From Thermodesulfobacteriota bacterium (GTDB lineage: Bacteria; Desulfobacterota; Desulfobacteria; Desulfobacterales; C00003060), in contig JAXHVD010000003.1 in the NCBI GenBank assembly GCA_034189385.1, forward strand, positions 142,104 through 206,103: a stretch of 64,000 bases of DNA, written 5' to 3'. A model generated the notes under the pieces. That model made no database searches, was not told the origin of the DNA, and saw nothing but the letters and a program-made list of their open reading frames with translations. A program made the position numbers and the translations under genes. Numbering within the stretch: position 1 is the first letter of the stretch; every line of letters starts with the position of its first letter. Of this stretch, positions 56,236-64,000 are shown piece by piece.

Positions 56236-56685
56236 ATGATGGACATCAAGAAGATCTTATGGCCAACGGACTTTTCTGAGAATTCAAATGCGGCTCTCGA
56301 TTATGTGTTGTCTCTTACCACAAAGTATGGTGCAGAGATCTACCTGCTATACGTGGCAGAAGACCTCACGGACTATCGCGAATGGTATGGTGAACTGGGA
56401 TCAGACCATGCCCAGAAGATTCGAGATTGGGAGATTCCCAAAGCGGAAAAGGCCATGGAGAGTATTTGCCGAACGGAGTTGAAGGGATGCCCCATGTTTC
56501 ACAGACTGGTCGTCGTGGGTGATCCCGCACAAAAGATCCTAGAGACGGCAAAGCAGGAAGAGATAGACGTCATCGTCATGGCAACACTTGGAAGGAGCGG
56601 ACAGTTTCAAATCGGTAGCGTCACCGACAAGATAGTCAAGAATTCTCCAGTTCCCGTTTGGACGGTCCGGCCCATCAAACGTTAA
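56236..56685 (+). CDS. universal stress protein (UspA family)
   Basis: Contains KKILWPTDFSENS, DVIVMATLGRSG and GSVTDKIVKNSPVPVWTV. Confidence 0.9.
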   Translation: MMDIKKILWPTDFSENSNAALDYVLSLTTKYGAEIYLLYVAEDLTDYREWYGELGSDHAQKIRDWEIPKAEKAMESICRTELKGCPMFHRLVVVGDPAQKILETAKQEEIDVIVMATLGRSGQFQIGSVTDKIVKNSPVPVWTVRPIKR

Positions 56686-56734
56686 GAGGTTCCCTCGGCC
56701 AAGTCACGGGCAAGGGGGCAAGAGAGGGCCCTTC

Positions 56735-58237
56735 TTAGCCGGTAGCGACCATGGCGAAGAAAGGAGGGCCGACGCTCTCCGTATACGCTGAAAGACCGTC
56801 CGATAGCCCAGGACAACTCAGACCATGCTCCTGTCCTTTCCTGTGCTGAGAATCGTCCATGGATGCAATCTGAGATGATCTCTTGTACGTGGAAATGGGG
56901 CCTTCCTCTTTTTTAGGACCGGATGGATGAGAAGCCCCTTGACGCACAGCCAAGAGGGCATATTTGGCCTTTACGACATGAAACCCTGGCTCCTCATGGA
57001 GGGCTTTGATATAGAGATTTGACAAGTACCACCTTCCGTCGTATCTTGCGATCCTTCTAAAAACGCTCCCGTGGGCTGCCACCATCATGTCAAAGGCCTC
57101 TTTGCTCATGCCCAGAGCTGATGGGGCATCCTCCATTGGTGTAAAGCCGTGGCTTGCCTTCTTATATTCTTCTTTGTCATGAGACGGTACCGTGAGAATC
57201 CGTTTTTCGTAGGTATTGTCTTCATCTCTGATCAGTTTTTCAACCAAGCATGATTTCAGCACTGAGATGAGTTCTGCTATTTTCGTGGGAATAACGGATT
57301 TTGGAAGGGATGCCAATTTGATTTCTGTCATCTTACCGATGAGGGCATGGCAATCTTCTTTGATCTTCTGCGCCCGCCAAGTGGCTATTCGTCTGAGCCT
57401 TGATTTTTCGTAATGACTGATACTTCTGCCTAGATACCTCTTTGTACCCTTTGCGCCATATGCGCTCAGGAAGTCCAGCTCATCTTTCACCTCAGAAATC
57501 AGGGTCATCCCCTCTCTTCTCCCGCAAATCTCCTCGAGGAGCCTTTCCATGGCCACCTTGGAACCAGAAAGCGATGTCCGCCGTACCTTTTCTCTGAGGT
57601 GTAGAATGTGACGATACCGCTCCTTGGATATGGTTTTCAGTGTGCCAGATTCATAACGACCGATCCGTTGCTTTAGCAAGCTCGAGGGCCTGATCTTCAT
57701 GACCCGCTGCAGGTACAGCAATGCCGGCTTTGCTGTTTCGTAAGGGACTCTCTCCTCGTGGCCGCTCTGATCGAGTTCTTCAATCCACGTCTTTATCTCT
57801 CGTCGCTGAAGACCTTGATCAAAGAATTTCTTCTCCATCTTCTTCTCTACCCGCTTTTCAATGGTCCTTACCCTTCCAGAGAAGATCCTGGAATCGGCCC
57901 GCTTGATCTTCTTGCCGGGGTAGAAGTCTTCATAAAGGTCTTTCTTCTTGGCATGATGGTTCAGAAACTGCCACAACCGGACCATCGCGCGAAAATAGGA
58001 CCCATCGACCCTTCTTATCTGCCGGTCCGGCGGTTTTTCCCCAAATATGCTCTCATAGTCCTGCGCAGAGATGGATTTGATCCTACGATGGGCCAGATTA
58101 TATACCAAGCTGTATGGCAGTTGCCTTTCACGCGCAAATTGAGACACCGTGCCCTTAAACATATCCACAACGAAACGACTGAACATCTCTTCCGTTAAGT
58201 GGACTCTGAATTGATCAGACCCTTTTGTGAAATCCAT
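56735..58237 (-). CDS. hypothetical about 500-aa K/R/E-rich protein with HTH-like repeated modules
   Basis: The start is taken at ATG 58237 after GGAGGA, because the upstream 100 codons of the track ORF look non-coding. Repeated ..I(K/S)xISxxxYxxI.. segments are present, and the C-terminus has the excisionase-like stretch LGMSKEAFDMMVAAHGSVFRRIARYDGRWYL. Confidence 0.5.
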   Translation of the reverse strand: MDFTKGSDQFRVHLTEEMFSRFVVDMFKGTVSQFARERQLPYSLVYNLAHRRIKSISAQDYESIFGEKPPDRQIRRVDGSYFRAMVRLWQFLNHHAKKKDLYEDFYPGKKIKRADSRIFSGRVRTIEKRVEKKMEKKFFDQGLQRREIKTWIEELDQSGHEERVPYETAKPALLYLQRVMKIRPSSLLKQRIGRYESGTLKTISKERYRHILHLREKVRRTSLSGSKVAMERLLEEICGRREGMTLISEVKDELDFLSAYGAKGTKRYLGRSISHYEKSRLRRIATWRAQKIKEDCHALIGKMTEIKLASLPKSVIPTKIAELISVLKSCLVEKLIRDEDNTYEKRILTVPSHDKEEYKKASHGFTPMEDAPSALGMSKEAFDMMVAAHGSVFRRIARYDGRWYLSNLYIKALHEEPGFHVVKAKYALLAVRQGASHPSGPKKEEGPISTYKRSSQIASMDDSQHRKGQEHGLSCPGLSDGLSAYTESVGPPFFAMVATG

Positions 58238-58637
58238 GGACTTATCCTCCATACCAGTCATGCAACGCTCTGCTGACCCCCCCCTCGTTGCCGCCGATGG
58301 GCGGCCACAAGGTCTTCCTGCCCATGACGTCATGGCGCCCTTGGCCTGGTCAAGCTCCTCATGAGGGCATAGTAAAAGGGCGCCACTAGAACAGGAAGGG
58401 CCTGAAGCGGAATGCTTTTCTAGGTGCAACCTTGGGTGCAGCGCTCTATTAATGCATAGACGTCGCCCACGTTTTGGAATCAGAGCAAGACGTGCAACTG
58501 GTCCTTTTGAATGGGCCCTGTGTACATGCTCTGCTCCCAAAATGGCGTTGCCCCTTAAACCTGGTTTATGGGAAGCACGTCACATGAGCAAAGACCTTGT
58601 CTTGTGTGCCCATGGGCATGGGCACCTGGCTCCATGT

Positions 58638-58835
58638 CTACAGTTCCTCCCAATGGATACACTCCACGGGACAGGTTTCCATGGCCTCTTCAATCAGGTC
58701 CTCGGGACCTCCTTCTGGCTTGATGACTTCTGCCTGTTCAGTCTCTTCATCTAGTCTAAACACCTCAGCGCAAATCTCTTCGCAAGACCCACATCCAATG
58801 CATTCATCTTCATCTATAATCACCCTTCGAGCCAT
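58638..58835 (-). CDS. small ferredoxin (single Fe-S cluster type)
   Basis: 65 aa with CIGCGSCEEIC....CPVECIHWE. AAGGAG lies upstream. Confidence 0.85.
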   Translation of the reverse strand: MARRVIIDEDECIGCGSCEEICAEVFRLDEETEQAEVIKPEGGPEDLIEEAMETCPVECIHWEEL

Positions 58836-59201
58836 GGGATTCTCCTTTTTTCTAAAATCAAACTACGCACTACAATGAATGAGCATTTCAATCACCTCAG
58901 AAACGCCACACCTACCACTACCCCAATATAACCATAGAATGGCATCAATCAAGGTGGTGGATTCAAATCTGAAGGGCACCACTGCGTGCACAAAGGACAC
59001 GACATGCAGCCCCGCGGCCACATTCCTTTTAGCCATTGATGGTAAGGTCTCATGTTCAAAGATCTTGCCAAATCCACGGGCGGACCGGAGGGGCCCCCGA
59101 TCTATCAAAGACCTCGAGCATTTGACAAAAGGTGCCTCCTTTGATAGTTCCTGAGGTCGTTACCGTCACCTCCTTATAGCTGTTGGCTCTTTTTTTGGGG
59201 G

Positions 59202-59230
59202 CCTCCTTCTGCTATCAGGAGGTTTTTTTT
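59202..59230 (+). terminator. orphan rho-independent-like terminator
   Basis: CCTCCT-tctgctatc-AGGAGG followed by T8. There is no convincing + strand CDS upstream. Confidence 0.55.
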
Positions 59231-59264
59231 CAAGGCTGTGGTAGATCTTCTTTTTACTACTGCC

Positions 59265-59293
59265 TGCCATATGATTACTCCTTGCCATATGAT
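59265..59293 (+). promoter_or_regulatory. two perfect 11-bp direct repeats TGCCATATGAT (operator-like)
   Basis: The repeats lie at 59265-75 and 59283-93, with an 18-bp period. Each contains the palindrome CATATG. They sit 140 nt upstream of the OYE-family gene. Confidence 0.4.
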
Positions 59294-59434
59294 GCAACGC
59301 TGGCGCAAGAGGGACAACCCTGGCACAGGCCAAACCTGCCTTGTGAGAATGGACCCGCCCTGCAGCAAGCTGCGGGCAAGGCCCTTGCATCACCAGATCA
59401 TCAAGGGTTCAAAGGGGTATGAAAGGAGCACACA

Positions 59435-61363
59435 TTGGCCCTAGAGCATCTGTTTTCTCCCATCAAGCTCGGGACCATGACGGTCAAGAACCGTCTTGTC
59501 ATGCCTCCCATGAGTCTCAATTTCGGCGTAGACCAAGATGGATGCGTGACGGAACAGCATTGGGAGTATCTGGCAGCAAGGGCCAAGGGGGGCGCCGGCA
59601 TGATCGTGGTCGGAGGCGGTGCAGTCCATCCCTCGGGACTTGATCTTCCCCGCATGCCTCGCCTCTGGTCTGATCGTTTCATTGAAGCCCTTCGCAAGAT
59701 GACCGAAAGGATACATGCCTTTGACACCACCTTCGGCATGCAACTTCTCCACGGCGGCCGCCAGGCCTATCTGAGTGAAAAAGTGGCTCCTTCTCCCATC
59801 CCCGCCCTTGCCGTGGTAAAGGGTGTTCCCAGAGAGTTGACTCGAGACGAGATCAGGGAATTAGTAGTTGCCTATGGGGATGCGGCCTTGAGATGCAAAC
59901 GGGCAGGGTTCGATTTTGTGGAGATACACGGCGCCCACGGCTATCTGATCACAGAGTTTCTGGCAGAAAACTCCAATCTCAGGCAGGATGCCTATGGGGG
60001 CTCCTTTGAAAACCGCACACGCTTTTTGAGGGAGATCATAAGAGATATTCAGACCAAGGTGGGGCCCGGATATCCCGTGGGCGTTAGAATCAATGGTGCG
60101 GACTATGTGGAAGGGGGATGGACCGTCGAAGACGCCAAGAGGCTTGCCCCCGTTGTAGAAGGGCTGGGCGTTCATTGGCTCCATGTCTCTGCCGGCGTGT
60201 ATGGCTCCATGCCGGTCACCATTCCCTCCATGTATGCCGATCATGCCTGCTTTGTCCATCTGGCCGAGGAAGTAAAAAGGACCGTCACCATCCCTGTCAT
60301 CGCCGTTGGCCGGATCAAGGATCCGCAACTGGCCAATCGCATCATCAGGCAGGGACGGGCAGACATGGTGGCCATGGGGCGGGCTCTTCTGGCCGATCCG
60401 GAATTGCCCAAAAAGGGCTATGAAGGCCGCCTGGCAGACATCAGGCCCTGTATCGGATGCTGCAAGGGGTGTATTGAAAGGGCCCTGGCCCTTGAAGAAG
60501 GAACCTGCGTGGTGAACCCTGAAGTGGGGCGAGAATACCTTCTTAGGAAGAAAGAAGACATGGTCGCACCCAGGAGAATCCTTGTGGTTGGTGCAGGCCC
60601 TGCAGGGCTGGCAGTGGCAAGGATGGCTGCCCTTCGCGGCCACGAGGTCCTGGTCCTGGAAGAGAACAGCCAACCAGGGGGAATGGCCAGGCTCGCCTCT
60701 ATTCCCCCAGGGCGTTCAGAGGTCATGGAAATCATCGAATACTACCTTCGGGAGTTGGATCGACTCAACGTAGAGGTTTGCTTCGACTGGATGCTGGACA
60801 AGGAAGGCATTGCTGCCATAAAACCGGACGTTGGCATCATCACAACGGGGAGTTTACCTGAGATTCCCCAGGTTGCAGGGCTTTTTGACACTGCCATGGC
60901 CCTTCACACCGTTACAGATGTGCTTCAGTTCCATGGGACTCCAGACCATCGGACAGTCGTGCTGGGCGGGAATATGGCAGCCCTTCAGGTAGCGGATTTT
61001 TTGGCTGAAAAGGGAAGGGAGGTTTTTGTCCTGCACCGTGGCCATCATTTTGCAGAACAGATGGCACCCAATGACAGGACCTATCTCATGGAACGCCTGA
61101 AACGACCCGGCGTTCAGCTCTTTAAAGGCGTGACCATAGAAGCATTCCTGGAAAAGGGGATTCGTTTCCTGTGGAAGGGGAGGGTGCAGCAATTGGACAT
61201 GGTCACGGACATCATCCTCTCAGAAGGCATGCGCTCCAACAGGAAAGCCGCAGAATGGTTTAAAGAGGCCAATATAGAGGTCCATACCATAGGCGATGCA
61301 AAGGCCCCCAGAACCCTTCTTGATGCCTTGGCTGAAGCCGATGAACTGGGCCGGGCCTTGTGA
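59435..61363 (+). CDS. OYE-family NADH:flavin oxidoreductase fused to an FAD/NAD(P) domain (2,4-dienoyl-CoA-reductase-like)
   Basis: Contains VKNRLVMPPM, LLHGGRQA, VEIHGAHGYLITEFL, the 4Fe-4S motif CIGCCKGC, and VVGAGPAGLAVA. TTG 59435 lies 6 nt after GAAAGGAG. Confidence 0.9.
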   Translation: MALEHLFSPIKLGTMTVKNRLVMPPMSLNFGVDQDGCVTEQHWEYLAARAKGGAGMIVVGGGAVHPSGLDLPRMPRLWSDRFIEALRKMTERIHAFDTTFGMQLLHGGRQAYLSEKVAPSPIPALAVVKGVPRELTRDEIRELVVAYGDAALRCKRAGFDFVEIHGAHGYLITEFLAENSNLRQDAYGGSFENRTRFLREIIRDIQTKVGPGYPVGVRINGADYVEGGWTVEDAKRLAPVVEGLGVHWLHVSAGVYGSMPVTIPSMYADHACFVHLAEEVKRTVTIPVIAVGRIKDPQLANRIIRQGRADMVAMGRALLADPELPKKGYEGRLADIRPCIGCCKGCIERALALEEGTCVVNPEVGREYLLRKKEDMVAPRRILVVGAGPAGLAVARMAALRGHEVLVLEENSQPGGMARLASIPPGRSEVMEIIEYYLRELDRLNVEVCFDWMLDKEGIAAIKPDVGIITTGSLPEIPQVAGLFDTAMALHTVTDVLQFHGTPDHRTVVLGGNMAALQVADFLAEKGREVFVLHRGHHFAEQMAPNDRTYLMERLKRPGVQLFKGVTIEAFLEKGIRFLWKGRVQQLDMVTDIILSEGMRSNRKAAEWFKEANIEVHTIGDAKAPRTLLDALAEADELGRAL

Positions 61364-61597
61364 ACAGAGTCATGGATAGAATCCCGAACTGGCCCTGAGT
61401 CTCCGCCTCCCTCTTCGTGGCATGTCGCACATGGTTCAAGATGACGGCGAAGCCCGCTTGCCTCCGACCCCGCCATAGACCTTAAGCGAACCTGACGGGA
61501 TCTGGACATTTAAAGATCCATGCTTACCATAGGAAAATAGCGTGCCTTAGGTGTTTGTATGCAGTCCACCACAGGATGATGGACTGGGGAGACAGCC

Positions 61598-62632
61598 GTG
61601 GATTCCATCACCCAAATCGCGTTAGGTGCCGCTGTTGGCGAGGCCACACTGGGCCGGCAAGTGGGAAGACGTGCATGGTTGTGGGGCGCCCTCTGTGGGC
61701 TCTTTCCAGACCTGGACATACTTTTTCCATTCAGCGATCCCGTCAAGGCCTTTACCTATCACAGGGGCCCCAGCCACTCCCTCTTTGTCCTCGTGGCCCT
61801 GACACCGCTCTTTGTCTGGTCCATACGCAAGTGCCACCCCGAAACGGCCCCATACAGAAACCGTTGGTATGCCTTGGTCTTTTTGGCCTTTACAACGCAC
61901 GTTCTGCTCGATTGCCTCACGGTCTATGGGACACAGATCTTCTGGCCTATTGCCACGCCGCCTGCCATGTGGTCCACCATCTTCATCATCGATCCTCTCT
62001 ACTCCGCCCCCTTGTTCTTTGGGGTCCTGGCGGCCCTTGTCTCCTCGCGCAAGAGGTCCTGGGGGCACCTCGCCAACACGGTCTGTATCGTCGTAAGCGC
62101 TGTCTACCTCTTATGGACCGTGGGCGCAAAGACCTACGTGACAGGCCTTGCACAGGCCTCTTTAAGACGACAAGAGGTGAGCTACGAGAAAATGCTGACC
62201 ATCCCTTCTCCGTTCAACACCTTGTTGTGGCGCGTCCTGGCCATGGATGACAAGGGATACTACGAAGGGTTCTATTCCCTCTTTGATCAGAGCAGGGATG
62301 TCCAGATGACCCATTACGCCAGCCATGGCAACCTCCTTGAAGACGTGGCCGATCACTGGCCCGTCAAACGGTTACAGTGGTTCACCCACGGTTTCTATGC
62401 TGTGGCGCGGTCTGTCGATGACATCATCATCAAGGACCTCAGAATGGGGATGGAGCCTTTCTATGTGTTTCAGTTCAAGGTGGGAGCCGTCGGCAACGGC
62501 CATGCCAACCCCACCAGGAACAGACAGGTCATGGATGAACGGGGTTGGGACCAACTGCGGTGGGTCTGGCAGCGCATATGGAAAGAGGACCCTGCCGTCA
62601 GGGGCAGGGAGCACCAAGAGGGCCTCAGGTGA
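61598..62632 (+). CDS. membrane-bound metal-dependent hydrolase (YdjM/YbcI, DUF457 family)
   Basis: Contains MDSITQIALGAAVGEA, FPDLD, and YHRGPSHSL...HVLLDCLT. Confidence 0.75.
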   Translation: MDSITQIALGAAVGEATLGRQVGRRAWLWGALCGLFPDLDILFPFSDPVKAFTYHRGPSHSLFVLVALTPLFVWSIRKCHPETAPYRNRWYALVFLAFTTHVLLDCLTVYGTQIFWPIATPPAMWSTIFIIDPLYSAPLFFGVLAALVSSRKRSWGHLANTVCIVVSAVYLLWTVGAKTYVTGLAQASLRRQEVSYEKMLTIPSPFNTLLWRVLAMDDKGYYEGFYSLFDQSRDVQMTHYASHGNLLEDVADHWPVKRLQWFTHGFYAVARSVDDIIIKDLRMGMEPFYVFQFKVGAVGNGHANPTRNRQVMDERGWDQLRWVWQRIWKEDPAVRGREHQEGLR

Positions 62633-63639
62633 CTCTGGTGGGATGATACTTCTTGATTTGGCAGGCCTGATGTGAGCCGCATGTGGCACAACCCCTTGGA
62701 TGGGTGCGACAACCTGCTGAAAAACCGTATGCACCAGCTAGTCGGGCACCTGGAAGTACGTACCGGTCCCACAGGGGCGTTGGCAAATGGACTGGCGTTG
62801 CTGAAATGTTTGGATGGCCGGACCAGTAGACACTTTCCAGGCCGGCATCCTTGGCCATTTTCACACAACGCTGCATGAGCCTTGTCGTTGCACCGGGGTG
62901 GCTCTCCAATACGAAGTTTGGTCTAAAAGCCAGAAAACAGACGGGCAAAGACCGATCAATGCCGGCAATGAAATCGGTTAACGGCTCGATCTCCCCTTCT
63001 GTGAGCTCCGGGATGACGACGATTCTGTATTCCCAGAGTTTGTCCCTTGCATCTCTTCCGATATGCTCGGCATTTCTGAGGATCGGCCTGGACGATGCCC
63101 CGGTCAGGGCCAGGTGGACCTCGTCATAATAGGCCTTCAGATCATAGGTGATGGATGTGGCAAAGGCGAGGACCCTCTCCAGGCTTTTACCCGTTGGTGT
63201 CCACATTCACCTTCGCAGCTGACGCCATGCCCCTGGCTTCTTCAACGACCTGTTCAATATAGGGGAGATGAATGGTCGGTTCCCCACCTGAAAAGGATAT
63301 CCTGTCGGCCCCTATGAGTCTTGCTGCAAAGGAGTCAAGGCCCTTTAAGGATGCTTCAGCCAGTGTGTTGGGCTCTTCATACCCTCTTTGGTCGTACCCG
63401 CTGTCTGGGTACTGAGAGGTTGTCCAGCTTTGACACTGCAGGCACTTGAGATTGCAGCCAGCCATGAATACCGTGTAGCTCGGCGGGGGCGCCATATGGA
63501 GGTGGGCGGCGCCTAAAACGGGCATGGTCATCTTGCACACCCCTGTCTCTCCTGCCAATCTGTTCACCCGGCATCGATGTTCGCAAAGCTCACAATTTTC
63601 GAACTCCTGAAGAGCATCCAGGTTGGTCACCTCCGTCAC
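62625..63639 (-). pseudogene. radical SAM activase-like protein (PflA/AmmeMemoRadiSam-like) interrupted by a 1-nt frameshift
   Basis: ORF 63187..63639 has CELCEHRC...GVC and AGCNLKCLQC, and ends ..AKVNVDTNG-TAA. ORF 62625..63206 continues the family sequence (..KSLERVLAFATSITYDLKAYYDEVHLALTG..). Deleting one G of GGG (63190-63192) joins them as DTNGKSLERV. Confidence 0.75.
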
Positions 63640-63750
63640 CTCCTCTCTTTAAGGGATACCGGTTTCATCTTTGCTGGTCTCCCAGGCCCTCCCAACACCC
63701 GGCCGGAGGGATCCCTTTTGGTTGTGACCACAGGCGACCCGTCTCTTCGC

Positions 63751-64000
63751 CTATGACCCTTCCAGTTTTTTCCGGATCAACTCAATCAGATCATCGGGGG
63801 TCTTATTTCTGAGAATCTCGTTGAACTGGCTGCGGTAGTTCTTAATGAGACTGACGCCTTCGATGACCACGTCGTAGACTCTCCACTGTCCCTTTTCCTG
63901 GATGACCCTGTAGACCATGGATATGGGCTCGGTTTCCGTGATGATTCTGCCTTCCACGTCTGCATAATGGTCCGACTTGATCTTCTCCTTTTCAAAGATC
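63751..64000 (-). CDS. mlaC: MlaC/Ttg2D-family phospholipid-binding protein, C-terminal part (gene enters from beyond the window end)
   Basis: Contains ..PISMVYRVIQEKGQWRVYDVVIEGVSLIKNYRSQFNEIL.. The frame is open to position 64000. Confidence 0.7.
   Translation of the reverse strand, partial: IFEKEKIKSDHYADVEGRIITETEPISMVYRVIQEKGQWRVYDVVIEGVSLIKNYRSQFNEILRNKTPDDLIELIRKKLEGS

Noticed and set aside
56735-58540. The full 601-aa track ORF as the gene model.
   Set aside because: The first 100 codons (MGAEHVHRAHSKGPVARLAL...) have non-coding character and no RBS. ATG 58237 has GGAGGA at the proper distance, so the shorter model was preferred.
58953-58985. tRNA T-arm-like string GGTGGTGGATTCAAATCTGAAGGGCACCAC.
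   Set aside because: No acceptor, D-arm or anticodon arms can be built around it. It folds simply as a GTGGTG/CACCAC hairpin. I found no tRNA, rRNA, tmRNA, RNase P or CRISPR array anywhere in the window.
59166-59175. CACCTCCTTA, identical to the 3' end of 16S rRNA.
   Set aside because: No other 16S sequence surrounds it, so it is not an rRNA gene. It is mentioned only as an anti-SD-like box in the sRNA-candidate finding.

Overview
This 64-kb chromosomal window looks like it comes from an anaerobic, selenocysteine-using Desulfobacterota/deltaproteobacterial-type bacterium. That assignment is an inference from the Hdr/Mvh/Fdh genes, four genes with an in-frame UGA, and gene order. No BLAST or HMM search was possible, so all protein calls rest on motifs I recognise in the supplied translations.

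- **1-16.3 kb, housekeeping:** DUF2232, rpsR, rpsF, archease-rtcB, PBP1A, a ttcA-like gene, rpoZ, greA, asd, leuB, ubiB and an M1 aminopeptidase, followed by a Clp1-like polynucleotide kinase.
- **16.4-38 kb, oxidative/light-stress accessory block:**
  - DUF2177-MFS-DUF1295.
  - An operon of desaturase, FAD oxidoreductase, DUF1365 and a CFA-synthase-family methylase.
  - Two DUF1499 lipoproteins and two PNPOx-like proteins.
  - A Sec-peroxiredoxin next to a Sec-rhodanese.
  - SRPBCC, Nudix and PAS-DHp proteins, an extradiol dioxygenase and two photolyases.
  - A PEP-utilising enzyme and an orphan secretin N0 domain.
- **39-50 kb, one minus-strand redox operon:** an HdrA N-terminal fragment, NuoE-like, NuoF-like, a (2Fe-2S)-HdrA-HdrA(Sec) fusion, MvhD(Sec), FdhA and FdhB.
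- **50-64 kb:**
  - A radical-SAM / archaeal-type ThrRS-editing-domain / Zn-ribbon-HEAT operon.
  - A K+ channel, DUF4197, UbiA and USP.
  - An A+T-richer orphan 500-aa protein and a ferredoxin.
  - An OYE/FadH-type reductase and a YdjM-like hydrolase.
  - A frameshifted radical-SAM gene and MlaC.

**Main hunting results:**
- A five-copy, fixed-spacing 41-bp motif lies upstream of five stress and lipid-modification transcription units, suggesting an undescribed regulon.
- The radical-SAM/ThrRS-ED-like/Zn-HEAT operon.
- The NuoEF-HdrA-MvhD-Fdh module carries two Sec codons with SECIS-like hairpins and a split HdrA.
- Two tiny Cys-rich ORFs lie in front of a strong terminator.
- A MITE-like element has target-site duplications, and there are other repeat families.
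- Two 1-nt frameshifts sit in G/C runs.
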